A DNA stretch of 64,000 nucleotides from Calditrichales bacterium (GCA_965267575.1 OZ254086.1:1184001-1248000), one strand, 5' to 3'. Shown: positions 10,443 to 21,168, numbered from the stretch's first letter. Notes: a model not told the origin generated them from the letters alone. A program made the numbers and translations.

Positions 10443-10979
10443 ATGAATTTATATTTTCGATTGCTTCGCATTTTGTGGAAGTGCTTTCGCGTTAAAAAAC
10501 AACATCCCCTGCAGGCGGCCGTTCTGCAATTCCGCTGCTGGCCGCTTGACTGCGACTTTAACGGCCACATGACCAACGCCCGCTACCCCGCCTTGATGGA
10601 TCTGGGACGCACCTTTTTAACAGCCCAGGCCGGAATCCTGTACAAATCCTACCGCAAAGGCTACTTCGCCATCGCCACCGGGCTGGAGATAAATTTTCTG
10701 CGCGAGATAAAGCCGTTCCGCACCTTTGAGCTGCACACGCGACTGATCGGCTGGGATGAAAAATACTGGTACATCGAACAGGAGTTCAGGGACGGCGAGC
10801 GCTTGCTGGCCAATGCCATGGTGCGCGGATTGTTTGTGCAAAAGGGGCGCAAAGTGGCTTTTGAGGAAGTCAACCAGTTGCTGGACGAACCGGCCTACAC
10901 CCCCACCCTGCCTGAGAAAGCCGTCGCCTGGCGTGAGTTGCAACAGCTAAAAAAAGCAGCGGGAACGGGCCAGGGGTGA
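10443..10979 (+). CDS. Hotdog-fold thioesterase (4HBT-like)
   Basis: DCDFNGHMTNARY...DLGR motif. Confidence 0.85.
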   Translation: MNLYFRLLRILWKCFRVKKQHPLQAAVLQFRCWPLDCDFNGHMTNARYPALMDLGRTFLTAQAGILYKSYRKGYFAIATGLEINFLREIKPFRTFELHTRLIGWDEKYWYIEQEFRDGERLLANAMVRGLFVQKGRKVAFEEVNQLLDEPAYTPTLPEKAVAWRELQQLKKAAGTGQG

Positions 10980-11133
10980 ATAGGCGAATTACTGAACTAC
11001 TGAATTGCTGAATTTGAAATTCTAGTAACGGGATTTCACGGTTTACTGACAAAAACTTCTCCTAAACTGTTTTTATCTTTTTGAGAGAATACTTGCGTTG
11101 CGGGTCTCTATATGGTTTTAAAGCCAAAAAACC

Positions 11134-11490
11134 ATGAGCCCAATGACCCAAAACATCACTACAATTGCCTGCAGCAATGTGACAGATATGATCGCTTTTT
11201 ACTGCGATTTGCTGGGCCTAAAGCTGCTGTATGCCGGCCCGGATTCGGCGGAACTAAAGCTCGGTGAAACGGTGATCCAGTTGCAGGAAACAACCGCTCC
11301 CGCAAAACAGGCGGCAGCTCTGATCATTGAGGTGAGCCACCGCGAGCTGGACTACTGGTACCGTGAACTGCTGCGCCGCTATGTGGAGATTGTCGAAGCG
11401 CCCACCGACCGCGGACACGGCTACCGCGCCATGTATTTTAAAGACCCCCAGGGAAATGTAATCCAGATGTACGCCTACATATCTTTGTAG
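11134..11490 (+). CDS. VOC/glyoxalase family protein
   Basis: AFYCDLLG and GYRAMYFKDPQGN. Confidence 0.85.
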   Translation: MSPMTQNITTIACSNVTDMIAFYCDLLGLKLLYAGPDSAELKLGETVIQLQETTAPAKQAAALIIEVSHRELDYWYRELLRRYVEIVEAPTDRGHGYRAMYFKDPQGNVIQMYAYISL

Positions 11491-11585
11491 GTTCTTCAGC
11501 CGTTGTGTTGAATCGGGATTTGGTCATCGATAGATTGTTCTGATGATAAAAAACCGATGACCGAACCGGGGAAGACCTAAAAGAT

Positions 11586-12347
11586 ATGTTGTCAAAACTC
11601 AAGAGAACGCTCAAAGGCGACAAACGAAATTTCAGTCACTTCTGTAACACTTACAATCTAACGCTGGATTATGACCTCAATAAAGGCGAGCAGCGTATCC
11701 TCAAGGCCATTTTTGAGGATCGGGAGTACGCCGATTTTTTCCCCTTTTACAAAAAGTCAACCATCCTGGATATTGGCGCCCATTACGGCTATTTCTCACT
11801 TTTCGCGGCACAAAACAGCGCGCAGGGATCACACATCATAGCCGTTGAGCCAGATAATGCCAACTTCAAAATGCTGCAGAAAAATATCGCATCAAGCGGT
11901 TATGAAAACATCACGACGTTGTATTATGCCGTTGGCAGCGAGGACGGCGTTTCGCGTCTTTATCACGGACGAAGCACAAATCATTCGATCCTGCAAAGCT
12001 ACGATCTGTTAAACAAAGACTTACCTTATGATGAAGTAAACAGCGTATCGCTGGAGAAATTGTTCGCGGAAAACAAGATAGAGCAGGTAGATTTCCTGAA
12101 GATGGATTGCGAAGGCGCTGAATTTCCCATTTTAACCTCTACACCCCCGCATGTTTTTGAGAGGATAGAAACGATCTCCATGGAGTTTCACGATCTGCGT
12201 GATCCGGATTATTCCGCCGAAGCACTGCTGCAAATTCTCATTTCGCAGGGCTTTGAGATCGTAAAATACCATTATGAGCGTACGTCGATGAATTTCAATT
12301 TTGGCAAGGTCATCGGCAGCAAGCTTTTCAAGAGGCTGAAAGGTTGA
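11586..12347 (+). CDS. FkbM family methyltransferase
   Basis: LDIGAHYGYFS, AVEP, LKMDCEGAE, MEFH. Confidence 0.88.
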   Translation: MLSKLKRTLKGDKRNFSHFCNTYNLTLDYDLNKGEQRILKAIFEDREYADFFPFYKKSTILDIGAHYGYFSLFAAQNSAQGSHIIAVEPDNANFKMLQKNIASSGYENITTLYYAVGSEDGVSRLYHGRSTNHSILQSYDLLNKDLPYDEVNSVSLEKLFAENKIEQVDFLKMDCEGAEFPILTSTPPHVFERIETISMEFHDLRDPDYSAEALLQILISQGFEIVKYHYERTSMNFNFGKVIGSKLFKRLKG

Positions 12348-12551
12348 TCTTTTTTGCGGATGCAACTAACGGCTTTCTTTTATGAGGCCGTTATTCTAAA
12401 ATCGATTTTAATGCTGGAAGCCGAAGCACGTGACAATAAGTTCAGAACTCTTGAGTGCCCGTGCCAAATCTTTTAATCCCATTTGAACCCCTCATTCCTG
12501 TTGTTTTATTTTAGAGCGATTTTTAATCGTTCACGTTTATAAGGAGGCTGT

Positions 12552-13421
12552 ATGGCCCGTGTTGATATAAACGGTAGCCAATTGGAATATTTTGAAGCGG
12601 GAAAAGGCGCGACCGTCGTTTTGGTGCACGGCTCCGCTAGCGACTACCGCACATGGTTCCGGCAGTTAAAAGCTTTCGCCGGGCACTATCGCGTAGTCAC
12701 CTACAGCCGGCGCTACCACTGGCCCAACACTCCCATCGCTGAAGACAAAGAGTACAGGATGGATGAGCAGCTTGATGATTTAGACGCTCTGCTGCAATCG
12801 CTTAATGCTGAAAAGGTTCACCTCGTGGGTCACTCCTATGGCGCGTTTTTAGCTTTGCTGCTGGCCATGCGCCGGCCGCAGATGATACAATCGCTGGTGC
12901 TGGCCGAGCCGCCGGTGTTGACCCTGTTTGTGAGCAACCAACCCAAACCGGCAGAAACGATCAAGCTGCTGCTTACGAAACCGGGCCTGGCTATGGCCAT
13001 CATGCGTTTTGGGGCTAAAGGCGTTGTGCCCGCCGTAAAAGCGTTCAAAGAGGGTGATGACAAAAACGGCCTGAAGATTTTCGGCGACGCTGTTTTTGGA
13101 AAGGGCAGCTATGATAAACTGCCGGAAGAAAGAAAGCAGCGCGTACTGGACAACCTGAGCAATGTAAAAGCTGAACTGTTGGGCCCGGGTTTTGTGCCGC
13201 TGGAAAAAGACAAAATCCGGCAGATAAAAACCCCCGCGTTGCTGGTCCGTGGCTGGAATACCATCCCGCTGTTTGGCCACATGATTGACCAGCTACACAC
13301 ACTACTACCCCAAACCAAACATGCCGCCATCCCGCGTGCCACTCACGCCCCCCATGAAGATAACGGTGAAGCGTTTAACAAGGTCGTCCTGGAGTTTTTG
13401 GGCAAGCAAAGCGGCTCGTAG
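12552..13421 (+). CDS. Alpha/beta hydrolase
   Basis: VHGS, GHSYG nucleophile elbow, C-terminal His; AAGGAGG RBS. Confidence 0.88.
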   Translation: MARVDINGSQLEYFEAGKGATVVLVHGSASDYRTWFRQLKAFAGHYRVVTYSRRYHWPNTPIAEDKEYRMDEQLDDLDALLQSLNAEKVHLVGHSYGAFLALLLAMRRPQMIQSLVLAEPPVLTLFVSNQPKPAETIKLLLTKPGLAMAIMRFGAKGVVPAVKAFKEGDDKNGLKIFGDAVFGKGSYDKLPEERKQRVLDNLSNVKAELLGPGFVPLEKDKIRQIKTPALLVRGWNTIPLFGHMIDQLHTLLPQTKHAAIPRATHAPHEDNGEAFNKVVLEFLGKQSGS

Positions 13422-13444
13422 CTTTCGCGATGACTAATCTTAAT

Positions 13445-13642
13445 AAACCGATGAATCGGTTGATAGAGGCTTTATTAGGCGGTAAATGCCCATGACTAAA
13501 AGTCATGGGTTAACAAATCCAATTTCTGTGTTTTGGCCGCCGCGCAGAAATAGATTTTTATGGGAAGGTCAACATGGTTAACCCACAACTTCAGTCGTGG
13601 GACCAAATGATACAGTATTAGCCAAAACCGATTCATCGGTTT
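13445..13642. repeat. REPIN-like unit 1 (A-B ... B'-A')
   Basis: A=AACCGATGAATCGGTT 13446-13461; B=CCCATGACTAAAAGTCATGGG 13489-13509; B' 13582-13601; A'=AACCGATTCATCGGTT 13626-13641. Confidence 0.85.
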
Positions 13643-13720
13643 AACACAGCAAGCGCTAGTGCAGGCAATCCGAAAAGAAATATTGTATCTTTTGTGAAAC
13701 TGACGGCAAGGAGCAAAACC

Positions 13721-13900
13721 ATGATCGAACTCAAAGAAAAAGATGACCAAATCCCACTCTGCCCGCACTGTGGCCAGATGCTCAATGAAATCTGGTACCG
13801 CGAACTGAAATCGACATGGGGCAAACGCTACGTCTACTTCTGCTCCATGTGCAAGAAGGTGCTGGGTGTTTCGCACCGCAAGGGCTTTTTTATGGGGTAG
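13721..13900 (+). CDS. Small zinc-ribbon protein
   Basis: AAGGAG RBS; CPHC...CSMC; ends SHRKGFFMG. Confidence 0.7.
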   Translation: MIELKEKDDQIPLCPHCGQMLNEIWYRELKSTWGKRYVYFCSMCKKVLGVSHRKGFFMG

Positions 13901-13910
13901 GGAGTCTTTT

Positions 13911-14071
13911 AAACCGATGAATCGGTTTGGGGTAGAAGGGTAAACCACTGCGGATTCTCATGATTAAAGTCATGGGTTAATGGTATTAAAAAGCAGGTTT
14001 TAATAACCCACGACTTCAGTCGTGGTATTAAAACATAAACAGCAATTCTCCGGGAACCGATTCATCGGTTT
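13911..14071. repeat. REPIN-like unit 2
   Basis: A 13912-13927, B 13957-13976, B' CCCACGACTTCAGTCGTGG from 14007, A' 14055-14070. Confidence 0.85.
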
Positions 14072-14089
14072 CAAAACGTGGAGGCGACA

Positions 14090-14545
14090 ATGTCAAAAAG
14101 GTCTTACAGCGCCTGTTATTTACATTTTGTCTGGGGCACTAAGAAGCATTATCCACTTTTGTCAAACACAGAAACCAGAAAAAAGCTTTATCATTTTTTT
14201 CGCCAATACCTGAAGGAGAAAGAAATTTTCCTTATCGCCATCTATATCAATCCCGAACACATCCACTTGCTCATTGACTTGCCTACGAATATTACAATCG
14301 AAGATGTTATCAAATTGACCAAGGGCGGTTCATCTCACTGGATAAACCAAAACGATCTCACCAAACTGAAGTTTGCCTGGGCCACAGGTTACGGTGTCTT
14401 CTCTGTTTCAAAGTCCAACCTGGAGCGTGTAAAACGCTACATCGAAAACCAGGAAGAGCATCATAAAAGGAAAACCTTCCTCGATGAGTACCGGGAGTTT
14501 GTTCACAAATATGGGATGGAATTCAGGGAAGAGCAGCCTCTCTAA
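14090..14545 (+). mobile_element. tnpA: IS200-like HUH Y1 transposase, probably REP-associated (RAYT/TnpA-REP)
   Basis: HFVWGTK, EHIH (HUH), KGGSS, FAWATGY, YIENQ (catalytic Tyr); flanked by multiple palindromic repeats; no tnpB. Confidence 0.88.
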
Positions 14546-14546
14546 A

Positions 14547-14745
14547 AAACCGATGAATCGGTTTGCAGTGGTAAAACGCTTGCGTTAAAGCCCCATGACT
14601 AAAGTCGTGGGTTAACAAATCCAGCCCCTGGCACAATCGGGCACAGCATGCGCTTCTCCACAGAGTAGTCAATTTAGCTAATCCGCGACTTCAGTCGTGG
14701 GCTTATGATTTAAACTACATGCGCCGGGAGCCGATTCATCGGTTT
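14547..14745. repeat. REPIN-like unit 3
   Basis: A 14548-14563, B 14592-14611, B' 14682-14701, A' 14729-14744. Confidence 0.85.
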
Positions 14746-14771
14746 CTATAAACTTAACGCCAAGAAAACCC

Positions 14772-17700
14772 CTATGCCGGCTCAGCCACTTTTTCCTCCG
14801 TATCCTGCGGTGTGTAGATCATGTAGAGCACAGGGACAACGACCAGCGTTAACACGGCCGAGAAGGCCAGTCCGCCAATGATGGCCCAGCCCATGGGCGC
14901 CCACAGTGTACCGCCGCCCAGTGTCAGCGGCAGCAAACCGCCAATCGTAGTCAGCGTGGTAAGGACGATGGGTACAAAGCGCGTTTGCCCGGCTTCTTTC
15001 AGTGCTTCCATCATGCCTTTGCCCCCGGCGCGCAGCTGATTAGTGTAGTCCACCAGGATGATTGAGTTGTTGATCACAATGCCCACCAGGCTGGTAAGCC
15101 CGACGCCGGCAGTAAAGGAAAAGGAAAACCCGGTCACCAGCAGCGCAAAAAAGGCGCCGGTAACTGCCAGCGGTATGGCCGAGAAAACGATCAGCGGCTG
15201 TACGAAAGAGCGGAACTGCAGCACCAGCACGCCAAAAATAGCCACCAGCGCGATCATCACCGCTTTCATCAGGCCGCCAAAAGACTCGCCTGTACTTTCC
15301 AGCTCGCCACCCACGTAAAAGCTGTAGCCGGCCGGCCAGTCGTACTGCTCCAGCTCGCCGATCACCGCCTGGGTTATTTCATTGGTGTTGTAGCCCTGCA
15401 TCACGTCGGACTTTACGGTCACGCTACGCTGTGTTTTAAAATGGCTGATCTCGCTGGGGCTTTTCTTAAAGCGGATATCGGCCACCTGGCGCAGCGGCAC
15501 CTGTTCGCCCTGGCTGTTCACCAGCGTTACCGCCTGCAGGCTCTCCATCCGGGCCGCGTCACGCTCGCGGGCCTGGCGCAGCACGATGTCGTAATCCTTG
15601 CCGTTTTTATCCTGGTAGCCGGATACCGCGATTCCAGCCAGCGCCGTGCGCACCGCACGGTCCACCTGCACCACGCTAAGGCCGCTTATGGCCGTACGCG
15701 CCGGATCGATCTTTACATCCAGGTCGGTGGCGGCCGTCAGCAGCGGGTTGTTTATGTTGATCGTGCCCTCCTGCGAGGCTATGATCTGCTCCACATCGCC
15801 GGCAATACGTTCAAGCACCGAGAGGTTTTCACCAAGCACCTTAATGGCTATGGGCGCTTCCACCGGCGGCCCCTGTTCAAACTCCTTTACCTCTATGCGC
15901 GCGCCCGGTATCTGCGCCGTTTGTTCACGCAGCTCGGTTAACAGGCGGGCCATCATTTCCATGTCGTCGTTTTTAAGGGTGACGTAGATCTGGGCAAAAG
16001 TAGGCGTTTCACGCTGTACCCAAATATTATAGTAGATTCGTGGATTGCTGTGGCCCACATTGCTGGTAAAACCGGCCACCTCTTCGCGGGCGGCAAGCAT
16101 TGCCTCAACTTCATTGGTGATCGCGTCCGTTTTCTCCAGGCTGTTGCCCTTTGGCAGAAAAATATTCACCATAAACTGCGGCTTTTCCGCCTTGGGGAAA
16201 AAACTCACGCCCACCAATGGGAAAATCGCCAGCGATACAATAAAGACGATCAAGGTGGCAATAATCACCCGGCCGCGATAACGCAGCGCCGTGTCCAGTG
16301 TTTTGCTGTAACGCTTATCGACGAATTCCTGCATAAAGGTCAGCGCTTTTTTGTCCTTCTTTTTCGGATCGGCTTTCAGAAAACGGCTGGAGAGATATGG
16401 TACAAGCGTCAGCGCAAGGAACAGCGAAGCGGTTAAAATATAGACCACGGTCACCGGCATACTGCGGATAAAATCGCCCGTGGTGCTGCCCAGCATCATC
16501 AGCGGCACAAAAGCCAGGATAGTTGTAACAGTAGAACTCACCACCGCCCATCCCACCTGGGAAACCCCTTTCACGGCGGCTTCAACCGGGCGCATCCCCT
16601 GGCGCATAAAGCGCTGGATGTTTTCCGTCACCACGATGGCGTTATCTACAAGCAGACCCAGCGCGATCACCATCGCCACAATGGACATCTGCTGCAGCGC
16701 GTAGCCGGTCAAATCCACAAAACCCACCGCAATTACAATCGACAACGGAATAGCCAGAGCGATGATAAGTGACATATTGAGCCCGAAGGCCAGGAAAATA
16801 ACCAGCCCGACCAGGATAACGCCCTGCCCCAGGTTTGAGAAAAAAACATTGAGCCGCTCGGCGACGCTTTCCGACTGGTCAAACACAATTTCCAGGCTGA
16901 TGCCCGCGGGCAGCGCTGCGATGAACTCTTCCAGAACGCTTTCCACGCCTTCGCGGATATCAAAAATGTTGGTACCTTTATTTTGCAGGATGGTTACAAA
17001 AACAGCGCGGGTGCCGTTGTGCCGGGCAATGTATTTCTGCTCCTCGTAGTCCAGACGCACACCGGCCACATCACGCAACAGAACAGGGTTCCCGGCGCGG
17101 GCATGTATCACCGTGTTTTCGATTTCCTCCAGGTTTTCATAAGAGCCGCTGGTGCGCACGTTGAACTTTTTGCCCTGCATGTTCACACTGCCCGCGGGGA
17201 TATTGGCGTTGCTGTACTGTATCGCTTCGATTACCTGTTGCAGCGGGATGCGCAATTCCGCCAGGCGCCGTAAGTCCAGATCGATAGTGACCTGCTGTTG
17301 CGGATTGGCAAAAATATCCGAGCGTTTTACGCCGGGTACGCGCTCCAGCTTTTTCTGTAAAATCTCGGCTTGTTGCTCCAACGTGCGGTAAGACGCGGAA
17401 TCAGACACGAGCGCCGTCTGCAGGATCTGCACATCGGAAATGCTCCATTTGATCACATCAAGCGCCAGCACTTCATCGGGCAGCTCTTCGCGGGCACGGT
17501 TTACTTTTTGTAAAACATCGCTGTATTTATCGTCGGGGTCGCTGCCGCTTGTAAACTCGATCTGCAGCACGGCCAACCCGTCATCAATGGAGGTATCAAA
17601 CTTTTTAATATCTTCCAGTTCGTTGATCGTTTCCTCCAGCGGGTCAACGACAAGGGTTTCCATATCCTCGGGACTGGCCCCCGGCATTACGATGATGACG

Positions 17701-17837
17701 GAGCTTCCCGGCGGCGATATCTGCGGGTCTTCCGAACGCGGCATGTTTAAAAAAGAAGCCACGCCGGATAGCACCAGCAAAACGGTCATGATCACCGTAA
17801 ACTGGTGATTCTCAATGGCAATTCGGGGTAGTTTCAT
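14772..17837 (-). CDS. RND efflux permease (AcrB/AcrD/AcrF family)
   Basis: 1021 aa; GLLVDNAIVVTENI, GIVINNSI, RFVPIVLT motifs. Confidence 0.92.
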   Translation of the reverse strand: MKLPRIAIENHQFTVIMTVLLVLSGVASFLNMPRSEDPQISPPGSSVIIVMPGASPEDMETLVVDPLEETINELEDIKKFDTSIDDGLAVLQIEFTSGSDPDDKYSDVLQKVNRAREELPDEVLALDVIKWSISDVQILQTALVSDSASYRTLEQQAEILQKKLERVPGVKRSDIFANPQQQVTIDLDLRRLAELRIPLQQVIEAIQYSNANIPAGSVNMQGKKFNVRTSGSYENLEEIENTVIHARAGNPVLLRDVAGVRLDYEEQKYIARHNGTRAVFVTILQNKGTNIFDIREGVESVLEEFIAALPAGISLEIVFDQSESVAERLNVFFSNLGQGVILVGLVIFLAFGLNMSLIIALAIPLSIVIAVGFVDLTGYALQQMSIVAMVIALGLLVDNAIVVTENIQRFMRQGMRPVEAAVKGVSQVGWAVVSSTVTTILAFVPLMMLGSTTGDFIRSMPVTVVYILTASLFLALTLVPYLSSRFLKADPKKKDKKALTFMQEFVDKRYSKTLDTALRYRGRVIIATLIVFIVSLAIFPLVGVSFFPKAEKPQFMVNIFLPKGNSLEKTDAITNEVEAMLAAREEVAGFTSNVGHSNPRIYYNIWVQRETPTFAQIYVTLKNDDMEMMARLLTELREQTAQIPGARIEVKEFEQGPPVEAPIAIKVLGENLSVLERIAGDVEQIIASQEGTININNPLLTAATDLDVKIDPARTAISGLSVVQVDRAVRTALAGIAVSGYQDKNGKDYDIVLRQARERDAARMESLQAVTLVNSQGEQVPLRQVADIRFKKSPSEISHFKTQRSVTVKSDVMQGYNTNEITQAVIGELEQYDWPAGYSFYVGGELESTGESFGGLMKAVMIALVAIFGVLVLQFRSFVQPLIVFSAIPLAVTGAFFALLVTGFSFSFTAGVGLTSLVGIVINNSIILVDYTNQLRAGGKGMMEALKEAGQTRFVPIVLTTLTTIGGLLPLTLGGGTLWAPMGWAIIGGLAFSAVLTLVVVPVLYMIYTPQDTEEKVAEPA

Positions 17838-17886
17838 TCTGTTTTCCTTTTTTATCCTTCACCATGAAAGGCATAGCAGGTGAGAT

Positions 17887-17919
17887 ATCCCGGTGTGGCT
17901 AGCCGCCAATCGGGATGAC
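17887..17919. repeat. Dispersed palindromic repeat (second copy at 42597-42630)
   Basis: ATCCCGGTGTGGCT(C)AGCCGCCAA(T/C)CGGGATGAC, near-identical at both sites. Confidence 0.7.
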
Positions 17920-18024
17920 AATCTCAATCTTTTTCTTTTTCGTAATCATAATCTTTCTCACAGGTTTTAGGGACACATCCCCTAACCCTTTCACTTGCTG
18001 CAATGAAAGCGGCTTCGAAGTCGC

Positions 18025-19068
18025 TTACTCCACTACTTCAACCAGCTTGTTATCAGCCAGGTAAGCCGATCCGTCTGTTACTACAGTGCGCGGTAAGGCG
18101 CTGTTTTCACGAACGGCCACATAATCTTCCAGGATGTATTCAATTTCCACGGGGTGACGTTGGGCGCGGTTTTCCGGGCTCACACTGAAGACGTAACTGC
18201 TCATACCTTCGCTTTCTCCAAGGGCATTAACCGGGATCATCGAAAAATCGCTACCGCCTTGCGGATAAACACGGGCGTGCCCCACCAGTCCGGAAAGCAG
18301 ACGCGGTGTTTTGTCCTGCAACAGCATTTGTACTTCGTAAGTGCCGCTGGCCGGGTTGGGGCTGCCGGCGATTTCTGTTATATAGGCGCGGAAAGAGCGC
18401 CCGGGGATGGCATCCAGAAATACGCGCGCGGAATCACCGCGGCTCAGGCGCAATGCGTCCTTATCAGAAGCGCCAACCTTGAAGACCCAGTTTCCTTCTT
18501 TGCCGGCAAAAAGAAACAGCGGCGCGCCCGGAGAAGTCATTTCACCTTCCTCGGCCAATATCTTCAGTACCATGCCGTCGGAGGGCGCCTCAATGCGTGA
18601 ATGTTTTTCATTAAAGCGGGCAATATTCAGATCGGCCCGGGCTACCTCGACGGCCGTGCGCACATTTTGCAGCTGCTCCAATGTGGCAGCGCTGTCTTCG
18701 TACAATTTTTCCACACGTCGCAGATCGCGTTGTGCTTTTTCATAACCGCTTTCAGCCTGCACGCGATAGGCTTCGATTTCGGCCTGGTCCAGCCTGGCCA
18801 GAAGGTCACCTTTTTTTACAGAGACGCCTTCCACGACATCAATCCGGTCAATCAATCCACCGACTTTAAAGGCGAGCATGGCCTCACTTGCCGAAGCCAG
18901 TCTTCCGCTCACCTCAACGGGCACACTGATGGCGCGTTTTTGTACATCTGCCAGCCGCACTTTTACGGCCAGCTCTTTATTTTCCTGGGCGGCTTCACCG
19001 GAACAAGCTTGCGCAACAAAAAGCGCTGCCAGCAGCAAAAGGCCGCTTAGGATTGTTGACTTTGTCAT
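18025..19068 (-). CDS. RND periplasmic adaptor (membrane fusion protein), lipoprotein
   Basis: AQAC lipobox; FKVGGLI...VKKGDLLARLD, IEAPSDG. Confidence 0.9.
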   Translation of the reverse strand: MTKSTILSGLLLLAALFVAQACSGEAAQENKELAVKVRLADVQKRAISVPVEVSGRLASASEAMLAFKVGGLIDRIDVVEGVSVKKGDLLARLDQAEIEAYRVQAESGYEKAQRDLRRVEKLYEDSAATLEQLQNVRTAVEVARADLNIARFNEKHSRIEAPSDGMVLKILAEEGEMTSPGAPLFLFAGKEGNWVFKVGASDKDALRLSRGDSARVFLDAIPGRSFRAYITEIAGSPNPASGTYEVQMLLQDKTPRLLSGLVGHARVYPQGGSDFSMIPVNALGESEGMSSYVFSVSPENRAQRHPVEIEYILEDYVAVRENSALPRTVVTDGSAYLADNKLVEVVE

Positions 19069-19140
19069 TTTAAATTCTCCTCTTTTCACCATAAAACTTC
19101 ATGATCCTGATCTTGCTCTCATGCCCTTAGGGTATCCGAA

Positions 19141-20511
19141 TCATTCCTTCACATAATCTTCGCTCGCCAGAACGCGCTGCAATTCGGCCTCGCGCATGTG
19201 GTAATCATAACGCGCCACCACAAGGTCGATGTCCGCGCGGGTCATGGCGTTGCGGGCATCGAGGTATTCGATGTGCGGCGCTACCCCCTGCTCATATCTT
19301 TTATTTACAATCTGGAACGATTCACGGGCGGCCAGCGCCTGCTGCCTGGCGCTCTCCAGGTTTTTGCGGCCCACATCCACGGCCAGCCAGGCGTCGCGTA
19401 CCTGCAAACGAATCTGCATGCGCAGCGCCTGCAACTGACTCTCCAGGCGCCGCGCTTCTATTTCGGCATGTTCTTTTTTGGCCGCGTCGCCAAAGCCGTT
19501 AAACAAGTTCCAGCTCAACAGGGCGTTGGCCATCCAGTAATCATCTTCAGCGGTGAAGGCGTATTCTTCACCCTGGAAACCGTAATCCACAACCACGTTT
19601 ACGTTGGGCAAATAGGCGCTGCCGGCTATTTTACCGACCCGCCGCGAGGCGGAAACAGCATAGTCCAGCTGCTGTAATTCGGGACGCATTTTCAGGGCCA
19701 GGGCCTCGGCATCCTCCAGTTCCAGCAGAGAAAGCGGATCGAGATAGCCGCCGGCTTCAACCACCTCAATGGGCTCATCCAAGTCGCGGTTCAGCAGAAA
19801 GTTGACATAACTGGCCGCCAGTGTTTTTTGCCGTTGGGCGTCACTGCGCTGCTGCACAATTTTTAAGCGTTCGGAACGCGCCCGTAAGACCGCGTCGCGT
19901 GTCACCATGTCATTCTGGAACAGCGACTCGCTGACACGAATATTTTCCAAAAGCAGCGTGTCGGTTTCTGCCAAAACTTCATTCAATTTTAGACTTTGCA
20001 GATAACGCAGGTAAGCCTTTTTAACCTCTGCTGCCAGCTCTGTTTTGTAGGCGGCCACGGCGGCGCTGTCACTGCGGCTTAAATCGCTTTTTAGTTTGTA
20101 ATTGTGATAAATGGCGGGCTGGAAAACGGGCTGCACCAGGCGCAGCTTTGTATCGTGCTCTTCCTCGCGCAAAAATGGAAACGACACATTTTCGATTTGC
20201 GGAAAACGTTGCTGCCCCGTGAGATCATTCAGGGTTGCATAAACGCCGTTTAGTAAATCGCCAAGCGGAAATTCTATCTGTCGCCCGCCACCGGCACGTG
20301 AGTAACGCGCTTCTATTGAAAGTGACGGCATAAACATGGAGCGGGCCTCATCAAGGGCGGCCATGCTTTTGGCATAGGAAAATTCTTTTTGCTGCAACGC
20401 CAGGTTGTTGCTATATGCTTCGCTTACATATTGTTGAAGCACGTCATTCAGCGCGTCGGCCTGCACGGATACAGCGCCCAGCAACGAAACGATCAGAATA
20501 AGCTTTTTCAT
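19141..20511 (-). CDS. TolC family outer membrane efflux protein
   Basis: Signal peptide, two OEP repeats (PSLS, RPEL, WNLFNG, YEQG), in RND operon. Confidence 0.9.
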   Translation of the reverse strand: MKKLILIVSLLGAVSVQADALNDVLQQYVSEAYSNNLALQQKEFSYAKSMAALDEARSMFMPSLSIEARYSRAGGGRQIEFPLGDLLNGVYATLNDLTGQQRFPQIENVSFPFLREEEHDTKLRLVQPVFQPAIYHNYKLKSDLSRSDSAAVAAYKTELAAEVKKAYLRYLQSLKLNEVLAETDTLLLENIRVSESLFQNDMVTRDAVLRARSERLKIVQQRSDAQRQKTLAASYVNFLLNRDLDEPIEVVEAGGYLDPLSLLELEDAEALALKMRPELQQLDYAVSASRRVGKIAGSAYLPNVNVVVDYGFQGEEYAFTAEDDYWMANALLSWNLFNGFGDAAKKEHAEIEARRLESQLQALRMQIRLQVRDAWLAVDVGRKNLESARQQALAARESFQIVNKRYEQGVAPHIEYLDARNAMTRADIDLVVARYDYHMREAELQRVLASEDYVKE

Positions 20512-21146
20512 TTGGAATCCCCTGTTTTGGATGTAAGACTGCGCATTTGAAAATCGAGCGTATGTTCCAGGAGTGCTTCAATATCCATATTGAAATGTTC
20601 GCTGAGGTAATCGCCCTTGCCGTACGCCACCTGCAAAATGCCGGTGTTTTGACCCCACAGCATAACGGCCGTTTCCATGGGATCCAGGTCTTTACGGATT
20701 GTCCCGTCCTCATGGCCATGGGCGATGGCTTTGGCCACCACTTCAAGCGCGCGGGCGCCATTCTCATCGGCTTCTGTGCTGGACACATCGTCTCCGTGAG
20801 CTTCGCATACAAGCATCACGTCAAAGTAGTTTTTGTAAGCACGGTAAAAATGATGGTAGGCTTCGCCGATGCGCCGCGCCCGTTCCGCACCGCTCCCCCC
20901 TTCGTCATAAGCTTTTTGAAAAAGATCGGCCAAAATCTTCAGTCCGCGGGCGTTAATAGCGGCATACAAATCATCTTTATTTTTGAAATAGAGATAAAGA
21001 GTGCCTTTGCTGAATTCAGCTTCTTCCGCCACTTCATCCATGGTTGTGGTATCAAATCCCTTGCTGAAAAAAAGTGTCTCCGCGGCATCAATAATTGAAT
21101 TGCGGCGCTGCTGTTTTTCCCGTTCGCGTCTTTCCGTTGTCCCCAA
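20508..21146 (-). CDS. TetR/AcrR family regulator
   Basis: IIDAAETLFFSKGFDTTTMDEVAEEAEFSKGTLYLYFKNK HTH; TTG start. Confidence 0.92.
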   Translation of the reverse strand: MGTTERREREKQQRRNSIIDAAETLFFSKGFDTTTMDEVAEEAEFSKGTLYLYFKNKDDLYAAINARGLKILADLFQKAYDEGGSGAERARRIGEAYHHFYRAYKNYFDVMLVCEAHGDDVSSTEADENGARALEVVAKAIAHGHEDGTIRKDLDPMETAVMLWGQNTGILQVAYGKGDYLSEHFNMDIEALLEHTLDFQMRSLTSKTGDSK

Positions 21147-21168
21147 AACTAAACTCCGTTTTATTTAC

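Noticed and set aside
13445-14745. Possible CRISPR array
   Set aside because: Repeats alternate in orientation and type, surround a Y1 transposase, and no cas genes are present
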